This document shows positions 32,563 to 40,256 of a DNA stretch of 64,000 nucleotides, piece after piece; positions within the stretch are counted from its first letter, which is position 1, and the number at the start of each line of letters is the position of its first letter. A model generated the notes under the pieces. That model was not told the origin of the DNA and did not search any database. It saw nothing but the letters and a program-made list of their open reading frames with translations. The position numbers and the translations under genes are program-made. Source of the DNA: an uncultured virus (IMG/VR IMGVR_UViG_3300021376_000011) (lineage: Duplodnaviria > Heunggongvirae > Uroviricota > Caudoviricetes); IMG/VR virus record IMGVR_UViG_3300021376_000011; one strand, 5' to 3'.

Positions 32563-34581
32563 ATGTCAGTAGATTTTTTCGAAGAAGGAAACACAACCAA
32601 CCCAAAGAAAACAAGAAAGGGTTCAACCACCCCTATCCTTGATAACTTTTCAAGGGATTTAAACAAAATGGTAGAAGAGGGTAAAATTGACCCAATAATT
32701 GGGAGAGATGGTGAGGTTAAAAGAATTGCACAGATATTATCTAGAAAAAAGAAAAACAACGTAGTGATAATTGGTGACGCGGGTGTGGGTAAATCGGCTT
32801 TAGTTGAGAAACTCGCTCAGATGATTGTAAAAGGAGATTGTCCATCAAATCTTTTAGACAAACGAGTTGTATCATTAGATTTAACATCTTTGGTGGCTGG
32901 TACAAAATACAGAGGTCAGTTTGAAGAACGTATTAAAGCAGTTCTAAACGAAATACAGAATGAACCTAATGTAATTGTGTTTATTGATGAAATACACACA
33001 ATGGTTGGTGCTGGCAACGCTAGCGGGTCAATGGACGCCGCTAATATTATGAAACCCGCATTAGCTCGAGGAGAAATTCAATGTATTGGGGCGACAACAT
33101 TTGATGAATTTAAAAAACACATCGAGAAAGATGGTGCATTAGTTAGAAGATTTCAAAAAATAATTTTGAAAGAACCAAGTAAGGAAGAAACAGTTCAAAT
33201 TTTAAAAAATTTAAAAGATTCATATCAAAATTTTCACAAAGTATTTTATGAACCGGAGGTTTTTGAAACTATCGTGAATTTGTCATCAAGATTTATCACA
33301 GACCGTCAGTTTCCCGATAAAGCAATTGACGTGATGGATGAATTGGGTTCAGAAAAAAAAATAAATACCAAAATTCCTGAGATTATTGAAAAACTAAAAA
33401 AGGAATCTGATGATTTAAAAAATAGGAAGATAGAAGTTGTAAAAAGTCAAAACTATGAACAAGCGGCTAAATTAAGAGATGAAGAAAGAAAATTACTGAG
33501 TAAATTAAATGATGAAAAAAAGAAGTGGTTAGACAAACAAAAAGACAATAAAACACCCGTAACGGTTGCAGATGTATATGAAATGATTTCACAAATTACA
33601 GGTGTACCTCTCTCTAAGATTGATGATACAGAGACCGCAAATCTTTTGAACTTAGAAGAAAAATTAAAATCTAAAGTAATTGGTCAAGACGAGGCTATTT
33701 CAATAATTTCCAAATCAATTAGAAGAAATAGGGTTGGTATTAAAGATACAAATAAACCAATAGGTTCTTTTATATTTTTAGGTTCAACTGGTGTTGGTAA
33801 AACATATCTCGCAAAATCGATTGCTGAACTACTTTTCGGAGACTCCGAAAAAGTAATTCGTGTTGATATGAGTGAATACATGGAAAAACACAACGTGGCA
33901 AAATTAATTGGTTCACCTCCAGGTTATGTTGGTTATGATGAAGGAGGCCAACTTACTGAGAAGATTAAAAATAATCCATTTTCTGTGGTATTGTTCGATG
34001 AGGTTGAAAAAGCACACAAAGACGTTTTCAATATCTTACTTCAAATTTTGGATGAAGGACATTTAACCGATTCGTTTGGAAGAAAAGTAAACTTTACAAA
34101 CACTATAGTAATCATGACATCCAATATTGGTGCAAAAAAAGTATCTGAATTTGGTAAGGGTGTTGGTTTTAGTTCATCATCTTCAGAATCACAAAACTTT
34201 GAGGTTAAAAAATCAATCGTTCAAAAATCATTAAAACAACACTTTAACCCTGAGTTTTTGAATCGAGTAGACGACATAATCAGTTTTAATTCGTTAGATA
34301 AAGATGTAATTAAAAAGATTATTGAAATTGAATTAAATAAGTTGTCTGTTAGATTAAAAGAAAAAAATTATAAAGTTTCTTTTGATAAGACAATTGTGGA
34401 GAGAATATCGGAACTTAATATTCAAGAAGATTTTGGTGCAAGACCAGTTAAAAGAATCATCCAAAATATGTGTGAAGATTATTTAAGTGATTCAATCTTA
34501 AAAGGCGAAATTAAGGAGAATGATTCCATTAATTTAAAATTTAAAGACGGTGAAATAAAAATTTTTAAAAAAAGGGTGTAA
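32563..34581 (+). CDS. Clp/Hsp100 ATPase (ClpC-like, no N-terminal Clp repeat)
   Basis: Two AAA+ modules (GDAGVGKS...FIDEIH; GSTGVGKT...LFDEVEKAH), UVR-like YEQAAKLRD, GSPPGYVGY. Confidence 0.93.
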   Translation: MSVDFFEEGNTTNPKKTRKGSTTPILDNFSRDLNKMVEEGKIDPIIGRDGEVKRIAQILSRKKKNNVVIIGDAGVGKSALVEKLAQMIVKGDCPSNLLDKRVVSLDLTSLVAGTKYRGQFEERIKAVLNEIQNEPNVIVFIDEIHTMVGAGNASGSMDAANIMKPALARGEIQCIGATTFDEFKKHIEKDGALVRRFQKIILKEPSKEETVQILKNLKDSYQNFHKVFYEPEVFETIVNLSSRFITDRQFPDKAIDVMDELGSEKKINTKIPEIIEKLKKESDDLKNRKIEVVKSQNYEQAAKLRDEERKLLSKLNDEKKKWLDKQKDNKTPVTVADVYEMISQITGVPLSKIDDTETANLLNLEEKLKSKVIGQDEAISIISKSIRRNRVGIKDTNKPIGSFIFLGSTGVGKTYLAKSIAELLFGDSEKVIRVDMSEYMEKHNVAKLIGSPPGYVGYDEGGQLTEKIKNNPFSVVLFDEVEKAHKDVFNILLQILDEGHLTDSFGRKVNFTNTIVIMTSNIGAKKVSEFGKGVGFSSSSSESQNFEVKKSIVQKSLKQHFNPEFLNRVDDIISFNSLDKDVIKKIIEIELNKLSVRLKEKNYKVSFDKTIVERISELNIQEDFGARPVKRIIQNMCEDYLSDSILKGEIKENDSINLKFKDGEIKIFKKRV

Positions 34582-34617
34582 ATATTCATACTTTTTAAAA
34601 AAACATATATATTTATA

Positions 34618-34722
34618 TTCACACAGGATATCTTTGCCGATTTCCTTTCGTTTTATAGTCTGTGGTGTTGAAACCACAAAATGACCACAAACCCCCGACT
34701 CTCTGTTGGGGGTTTTTATTTT
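34618..34722 (+). ncRNA. Candidate small RNA (promoter-to-terminator unit without an ORF)
   Basis: TATTTATA at 34610-34617, hairpin TGTGGT/ACCACA, terminator ACCCCCGAC/GTTGGGGGT plus U-tract at 34691-34725. Confidence 0.5.
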
Positions 34723-34746
34723 TTTGGTATTCTAAAAATTATTATT

Positions 34747-34754
34747 TATATTTG
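34747..34754 (+). promoter_or_regulatory. Bacteroidota-type -7 promoter element TAnnTTTG
   Basis: TATATTTG 18 nt upstream of the ATG at 34773; same element at 37934, 40213 and 44102. Confidence 0.6.
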
Positions 34755-34772
34755 CGATAAATCTATTTTACC

Positions 34773-35186
34773 ATGGAATATACAAAAGATTTGATATTAG
34801 TTAGGGGTTTACCCGGCTCGGGTAAATCCACTTTAGGTGAGGTCATTCTTTATACCCCAAATAATCCAATGAAACCATTGTCGGCGGATGATTTCTTTAC
34901 AGACAAGGAAGGTAACTACAATTTTGACCCAATAAAATTAAGGGAAGCTCATAACGACTGCCAACAAAGGTGTGCAAATTTGATGATGAATAGCGTCGTA
35001 AGAGTTGTTGTGTCAAATACGTTTACCCAAGAATGGGAAATGGAACCATATTTTGAAATGGCGAAAAGATACGGATATCGAATTCACACTATTGTTGTTG
35101 AAAACAGACACGGTGGTGAAAATGTCCACGGAGTACCCTCTGACAAATTAGAGATTATGAAAAATCGTTTTGAAGTAAAACTCTGA
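34773..35186 (+). CDS. P-loop kinase (AAA_33/polynucleotide-kinase-like)
   Basis: LVRGLPGSGKST, SADDFF, AHNDCQ, VVVSNTF, HGVP. Confidence 0.85.
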   Translation: MEYTKDLILVRGLPGSGKSTLGEVILYTPNNPMKPLSADDFFTDKEGNYNFDPIKLREAHNDCQQRCANLMMNSVVRVVVSNTFTQEWEMEPYFEMAKRYGYRIHTIVVENRHGGENVHGVPSDKLEIMKNRFEVKL

Positions 35187-36265
35187 TAGTTAGGTTACAA
35201 AAATACCATGAGGATGGTTTGTTAATAAAACAAACTCACCCCACAAAAGATTTGTGCATATGGAATTATACCCCAAGAGTACAATACGAATCTTTGTGGG
35301 ACGATATTACTATGCAATGTCGTGGACTCGTTACCAATTCAAAAGGCGATGTAATTGCAGAACCGTTTGGTAAGTTCTTTAACTATGAGGAAGTTATTGA
35401 TAAGGACTTAATTCCATGGGACAGTGAATATGTTCACATTCAAGATAAAATGGATGGTTCTCTTGGTATTCTATTCTTTTACGATGGGGAATGGATTATG
35501 TCAACAAGAGGTTCATTTACTTCTGAACAGTCTATCCGTGGTTTTGAAATTTTAAAATCAAAATACAATTTAAATAATTTTGTAAAAGAGGTTACATACC
35601 TATGTGAAATTATTTATCCTGAGAATAGAATTGTTGTAAATTATAATTGTGAAAAAATCACATTCCTTTCTGTAACAACCCCTGAAGGTGAATTGAACTG
35701 GTACACCGCATGTGCAATTTTTAATTCATCAGGTATTTTGGAAGAAGACGTTGTTGGAAGCACAATGGTAACTTTCAATAAAGAAACATTTGACACATAT
35801 AAGAAACTTAATACATCAAACAGTGAAGGTTTTGTTGTAAGATTTTACCCATCAAATTTTAGAATGAAAATTAAATTTGAGGAGTATGTTCGATTACATA
35901 AAATTTTAACCAATGTGTCAAGTAGAGATATTTGGGAATACCTTAAAGAAGATAAATCATTTGATGAGTTACTTGAAAAAGTACCTGATGAGTTTAACAG
36001 TTGGGTGAAAGAAACTGTTAAAGATTTTGTGGTTCGTTATGAAAATATTGAGAAGGAATATCAATGGATATTCAATAAAATACGAAACACTTATTTTGAG
36101 GCACATCAAAAAGAATGTAACCGACGCGAGTTTGCTGAATTAGCAAAAAGATATAACCACCCATCAATATTATTTAATATGTTGGACGGTAAAGAATATA
36201 AAAGTATAATATGGAAAATATTATACCCACCATATACAAAACCATTTAAAAAAGATGAAATATAA
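35183..36265 (+). CDS. RNA ligase (T4 Rnl1 family)
   Basis: QCRGLV, FGKFFN, DKMDGSLG, TRGSF, EIIYPENRIV, EGFV, KIKF; frame is open back to CTG at 35183. Confidence 0.9.
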   Translation: MIVRLQKYHEDGLLIKQTHPTKDLCIWNYTPRVQYESLWDDITMQCRGLVTNSKGDVIAEPFGKFFNYEEVIDKDLIPWDSEYVHIQDKMDGSLGILFFYDGEWIMSTRGSFTSEQSIRGFEILKSKYNLNNFVKEVTYLCEIIYPENRIVVNYNCEKITFLSVTTPEGELNWYTACAIFNSSGILEEDVVGSTMVTFNKETFDTYKKLNTSNSEGFVVRFYPSNFRMKIKFEEYVRLHKILTNVSSRDIWEYLKEDKSFDELLEKVPDEFNSWVKETVKDFVVRYENIEKEYQWIFNKIRNTYFEAHQKECNRREFAELAKRYNHPSILFNMLDGKEYKSIIWKILYPPYTKPFKKDEI

Positions 36266-36665
36266 AATTTACTTAGATGATGTAAGAACCCCCGTTGATA
36301 AATAAAATTGGGTAGTGGTTCGTTCCTATGATGAATTGGTTCAAAAGATAACCGAGATTGGTTTAGATAATGTTGAGTTGATTTCTTTAGACCACGACTT
36401 GGGTGATAGCGCAATGAAAGAATGGTTACACGGTGTAGTTAAAAACTACGAAATCAACTACGACAATATCACCGAGAAAACAAGTATGGACTGTACCAAA
36501 TGGTTAGTTAATCAGTGGTTGGATGGAAAACCTGTTGTTGATGTGGTTGTACATTCAGCCAACGCGGTTGGGAGTGCTAATATGATGGGGTACATCAATA
36601 ATTATAGACATATCCACAGATTACCCCAAAACTGTGTGAGAGTTCAGTGGGACCATACGGTTTAA
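36255..36665 (+). pseudogene. Cyclic-phosphate-processing receiver domain gene with an in-frame TAA at codon 17
   Basis: ATG 36255 reads MKYKIYLDDVRTPVDK*NWVVVRSYDE...ISLDHDLG...VHSANAVG; stop at 36303-36305. Confidence 0.75.
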
Positions 36666-36748
36666 ACTTTTTTTAAACAATTTATTCATTTATTTGTATA
36701 GGTCGATTTTTTTGGTCAAATTTGTGATGAACCAAAAATTAAATCGAC

Positions 36749-37093
36749 ATGCCACCAAAACTACCTAAAAAACCAAACGATACCGTAATCAAAAAGTTAA
36801 TACTCCAACAGGACTATAATAGCTTTGGTGATTTTTACAATGTTAACAAAGAACTAATTTATCTGACGTTAGTCAACCTCTTTAAAAGTCTTAAAAGAAA
36901 AGATAAAAACAATGTAATTTTAGTGTTAGGCGCTAAGATAAATGGTTTACAATGGGAAACTGAGTTAAAATTTAAAAGAAAAGAATCAATTGTTTTAGTA
37001 AGGGATATTCTACCATTCTTTGAAGGTAACGAAGATTATGAAACTTGTGCTGAAATAACCGATACGTACAATAAAATACTTCAGATTCAATAA
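36749..37093 (+). CDS. Hypothetical protein
   Basis: 114-aa ORF ending in UVR-like EDYETCAEI. Confidence 0.55.
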   Translation: MPPKLPKKPNDTVIKKLILQQDYNSFGDFYNVNKELIYLTLVNLFKSLKRKDKNNVILVLGAKINGLQWETELKFKRKESIVLVRDILPFFEGNEDYETCAEITDTYNKILQIQ

Positions 37094-37147
37094 TAAGATG
37101 ATGATTGATTGATATCACCTAAACGGGTTATATCACTCCGTAATCAC

Positions 37148-37402
37148 TTACTCAGATACTGAGTCGTCTGATTTCTTTTTATGTGAGAACTTGTCTACAG
37201 TATCTGCACCCATTCCAATTGCAGTAATAACCATAACTGCGTTTACTAATTCTTCAGATGGTTTAATGTCACCATGAGAAAAAGAATTTACAGCCATGGT
37301 ACCACAAAGGAATAATGCGCCTAATAGAGCAATTACCGGTTTGATTGAAGTTGACCCTCTTTCATCTTTGAATAGGTCAATAATCCATTTTTTAAAGTTC
37401 AT
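37148..37402 (-). CDS. Small two-TM membrane protein (holin-like)
   Basis: Two hydrophobic segments, charged C-terminus, late motif at 37440. Confidence 0.55.
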   Translation of the reverse strand: MNFKKWIIDLFKDERGSTSIKPVIALLGALFLCGTMAVNSFSHGDIKPSEELVNAVMVITAIGMGADTVDKFSHKKKSDDSVSE

Positions 37403-37537
37403 AGTTGTAATTTAGTTTAGTTTTATTTATTTGGTTTACTATAAATACCTCGGCAATGAAGATTGTTATATATATTTTTTTAAACATTTTGAAATATGAA
37501 ATTTACTTGTTATAATTTATAATAAAAGTTAACAGAT

Positions 37538-37623
37538 GAATAAGAAGCGAAGTTGGTCGATTACATCTGACTTGAAATTAGGTGTACTACAAAGTATCGT
37601 AGGTTCAAATTTTACTCTCTCCG
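37538..37623 (+). pseudogene. Degenerate tRNA-Ser(TGA)
   Basis: Anticodon arm TCTGA-CTTGAAA-TTAGG, long variable arm, T-arm GTAGG-TTCAAAT-TTTAC and 3' TCTCTCCG; the 5' acceptor strand no longer pairs. Confidence 0.6.
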
Positions 37624-37678
37624 ACACAGATGAAAGAGTGGTTCGATTTCCTATAGGGATACAACTAAAAAAGACAAT

Positions 37679-37921
37679 ATGTTAGAAAAAATTTTAGAAC
37701 AATATGCAGATGAGGAAATTTTAATAGCGGATGGATTTGATTCCGCGGTATTAGGAATTGATGAAAACTCTATGAGATTGATTTACTCGGTTGAAAAGTG
37801 TTTAAAGATTCTCATGGACCAAGGTATGGACATGACTGAAGCGGTTGAATATTTTGATTTTAACGTGTCAGGTTCATACATGGGAGAGAAGACACCAATA
37901 TGGTGTGATGATTTATTTTAA
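37679..37921 (+). CDS. Conserved small phage hypothetical protein
   Basis: ADGFDSAVLG...IYS...EAVEYFDFNVSGSYMGEKTP. Confidence 0.7.
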   Translation: MLEKILEQYADEEILIADGFDSAVLGIDENSMRLIYSVEKCLKILMDQGMDMTEAVEYFDFNVSGSYMGEKTPIWCDDLF

Positions 37922-37958
37922 AAAAACTTTTTGTATATTTGTATATACTTATTAAACA

Positions 37959-38060
37959 ATGATGAACTTGGTACACATACAACAAACGTCAAACAACCCG
38001 CTAAGTGGTAATGGGAGAGGTTTGTATTTAAGTAACCCAAGTTCGGATTTTAAGTTGTAA
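37959..38060 (+). CDS. Putative leader peptide (33 aa)
   Basis: MMNLVHIQQTSNNPLSGNGRGLYLSNPSSDFKL*, between the TAnnTTTG promoter at 37934 and a terminator. Confidence 0.5.
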   Translation: MMNLVHIQQTSNNPLSGNGRGLYLSNPSSDFKL

Positions 38061-38090
38061 GTTATACTGAGAGTAAACTCTAACTAATTG

Positions 38091-38130
38091 AACCCGAACT
38101 TTTATTTTTGAAGTTCGGGTTTTTTATTTT
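38091..38130 (+). terminator. Intrinsic terminator/attenuator upstream of the tRNA cluster
   Basis: AACCCGAACTT/AAGTTCGGGTT stem followed by TTTTATTTT. Confidence 0.85.
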
Positions 38131-38206
38131 AAGTCTTTTTTTTGTATAATTGTACAATAGTTCAGATTGAACTGAATTTGTTCTTTGACATGTTGGTGAA
38201 ATTGAT

Positions 38207-38292
38207 GCCGCTGTGTTGAAACAGGTAGACAAGAGAGACTTAAAATTTCTTGGACAGTAATGTCCGTGCCGGTTCGATTCCGGCCAGCGGTA
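38207..38292 (+). tRNA. tRNA-Leu(TAA)
   Basis: GCCGCTG/CAGCGGT acceptor, AGAGA-CTTAAAA-TTTCT anticodon arm, long variable arm, GGTTCGATTCC. Confidence 0.92.
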
Positions 38293-38356
38293 CAAAAATG
38301 GAAAACTCCTCAAATCTACAACTACGGTTATCGTAGAAGGAAATTTCCATTTTAAT

Positions 38357-38428
38357 GGGCCCATAGGTAAAGGGATATACCCTCTCACTTCTAATGAGAT
38401 ATTCCAAGTTCGAATCTTGGTGGGCCTA
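38357..38428 (+). tRNA. tRNA-Arg(TCT)
   Basis: GGGCCCA/TGGGCCT acceptor, TCTCA-CTTCTAA-TGAGA anticodon arm, CCAAG-TTCGAAT-CTTGG T-arm. Confidence 0.92.
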
Positions 38429-38590
38429 CGAATTTAAATGATGTCTCTTTCTATGACAATTTGAACATAAAAGAACACATTTATTAAGTTCATTTTTGAT
38501 TGATTCATCAGACTTCAATCTGAGTTTTGACCAATCAACATCTTTTTCAGAAGGATTTAAATGGTGAAAATCAAAAATGACATATGAACG
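38426..38590 (-). pseudogene. HNH endonuclease C-terminal remnant
   Basis: FDFHHLNPSEK...ELNKCVLLCSNCHRKRH; the first CxxC and the N-terminus are absent. Confidence 0.65.
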
Positions 38591-38755
38591 ATTGAACTTT
38601 TGTTCGTACAGATTGTGGTAATTGGACATGTCATATGAATCCCTCGGGACATAAAAAGGTGGCAAATGCTGTTATCACACAGATGAAATTCAAAGTAAAA
38701 AACTAATATCGCCGATTTAAACGATAATTCATTTTATCGGTTATTTCGACGATAC

Positions 38756-38829
38756 GGTCCCTTAGCTCAGTTGGTCAGAGCACCCGACTCATAATCGGTA
38801 GGTCCACGGTTCAAGCCCGTGAGGGACCA
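38756..38829 (+). tRNA. tRNA with CAT anticodon, probably tRNA-Ile2 (lysidine type)
   Basis: GGTCCCT/AGGGACC acceptor, CCGA-CTCATAA-TCGG anticodon arm; resembles ileX-type tRNAs and lacks initiator features. Confidence 0.85.
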
Positions 38830-38855
38830 CGAGATATTTATATAATAAAAAAATC

Positions 38856-39308
38856 ATGGGAATTGAATTAAAAAAGAAAAAACAACTTATCGAAAGATTA
38901 AACAAAAGACTCCTATCCGAAGCGGAAATGGAATGTCCTAAAGCAACTCAAGATTTAGAGTTAAATACCAATAATAGAGACAAGTCAATAAAAGCGGATT
39001 ATATAAAATATGGTCCACTTAATATTGACGAACCCGGTGATTATTGGGAAATGGTTGCATCTGATTGGAACACCACTGTTGAAGCTGCTAAAAAATCACT
39101 ATGTGGTAATTGTGTAGCATTTGATATATCACCAAGAATGGATGAGTGTATGCCAGGTTCGGTTTCTGATGATAGTGGTAGATTAGGGTACTGTTGGATG
39201 CATCACTTTAAATGTCACTCCGCAAGAACATGTAAAACATGGGCAAAAGGTGGTCCAATTACCGAAGATACGGTGTCCTATGAGTGGCAACAAAAAAATC
39301 AAAAATAA
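38856..39308 (+). CDS. Cys-rich hypothetical late protein
   Basis: LLSEA site, CGNCVAF, GYCWMHHFKCHSARTC; late motif at 38835. Confidence 0.65.
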   Translation: MGIELKKKKQLIERLNKRLLSEAEMECPKATQDLELNTNNRDKSIKADYIKYGPLNIDEPGDYWEMVASDWNTTVEAAKKSLCGNCVAFDISPRMDECMPGSVSDDSGRLGYCWMHHFKCHSARTCKTWAKGGPITEDTVSYEWQQKNQK

Positions 39309-39377
39309 TATCAACATGTGGTCGTACCCTTAACTCCAAAACCTATTAAGGAAATCGTTATGGGAAGACCACTCCAA

Positions 39378-39452
39378 GCGGGAGTAGCTCAGTGGTAGAG
39401 CATCGCCTTGCCAAGGCGAGGGCCGTGGGTTCAAATCCCATTTCCCGCTCCA
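39378..39452 (+). tRNA. tRNA-Gly(GCC), CCA encoded
   Basis: GCGGGAG/TTCCCGC acceptor, CGCC-TTGCCAA-GGCG anticodon arm, GGTTCAAATCC, TCCA end. Confidence 0.95.
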
Positions 39453-39697
39453 AGTAGACCTTAAAAAGGGCCCTTCCGTTGCGTACGAAAACGGCTTGTT
39501 GGGCCCGGGTCTACCTTTTAAGCGAATATCGTATAACCGACATTATCGGTTATATTAAAGACTACTTGGTAGTTATGTGTAATAATTTTCACCAACCCAC
39601 ATCAACCCCACAAAATTACTACACATAACAAGGTGTTACAGTCGCAAGGGTTCGAGCCCCTCACCTTCCGCGGAGTACTTATATATTATAAAATGGT

Positions 39698-40159
39698 ATG
39701 AAAAAATTTAGAACATTGCACGGAACACTCATAACCGACGTTATAGGTTACATCAAAGATTATTTGGTGGATAAAAACGATATTGAAATATTGATTGGTT
39801 CGGATTCACAATCATTTAGTAATTCTAAAACAGTTTACGGGGTGGTTATTGCTCTTTACACAAAAGGTAAGGGTGCTCACGTATTGTGTACTAAAGACAC
39901 AATACCATTTGAAAAAGATACGTCAAGTAGACTAATGACTGAAGTGTGGAAGGCGGTTGAAGTTGCTGAACACTTGAGAAACAATGGTTTACCAAAAGTC
40001 ACTTGGATTGATATTGACCTTAATCCTGACCCAAAATACAAATCAAATAAGGTTTTAAGACAAGCCGTTGGTTTGGTTGAGGGTATGGGGTATAAAGTGA
40101 GATACAAACACGCGGGGGCTATGATGACCTACAGCGCGAATCATTTGGTGAGGATTTAA
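39698..40159 (+). CDS. RNase H-like YkuK (DUF458) family protein
   Basis: ILIGSDSQ, GKGAHV, RLMTEV, IDIDLN, SANH. Confidence 0.8.
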   Translation: MKKFRTLHGTLITDVIGYIKDYLVDKNDIEILIGSDSQSFSNSKTVYGVVIALYTKGKGAHVLCTKDTIPFEKDTSSRLMTEVWKAVEVAEHLRNNGLPKVTWIDIDLNPDPKYKSNKVLRQAVGLVEGMGYKVRYKHAGAMMTYSANHLVRI

Positions 40160-40256
40160 AAATTTTTTTTAATTTTTTTTAAAAAAAACTTTGTTTTTAC
40201 AAAAAGTTTATATATCTTTGTACCATTACAATAAATTACAACATTAATACGACATT

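Noticed and set aside
36303..36305. Genome-wide stop-codon recoding
   Set aside because: Only one internal stop was seen; core genes are intact in code 11, TAA is the normal stop, and no suppressor tRNA is in the window
38080..38388. 102-aa minus-strand ORF
   Set aside because: It runs antisense across tRNA-Leu, part of tRNA-Arg and the terminator
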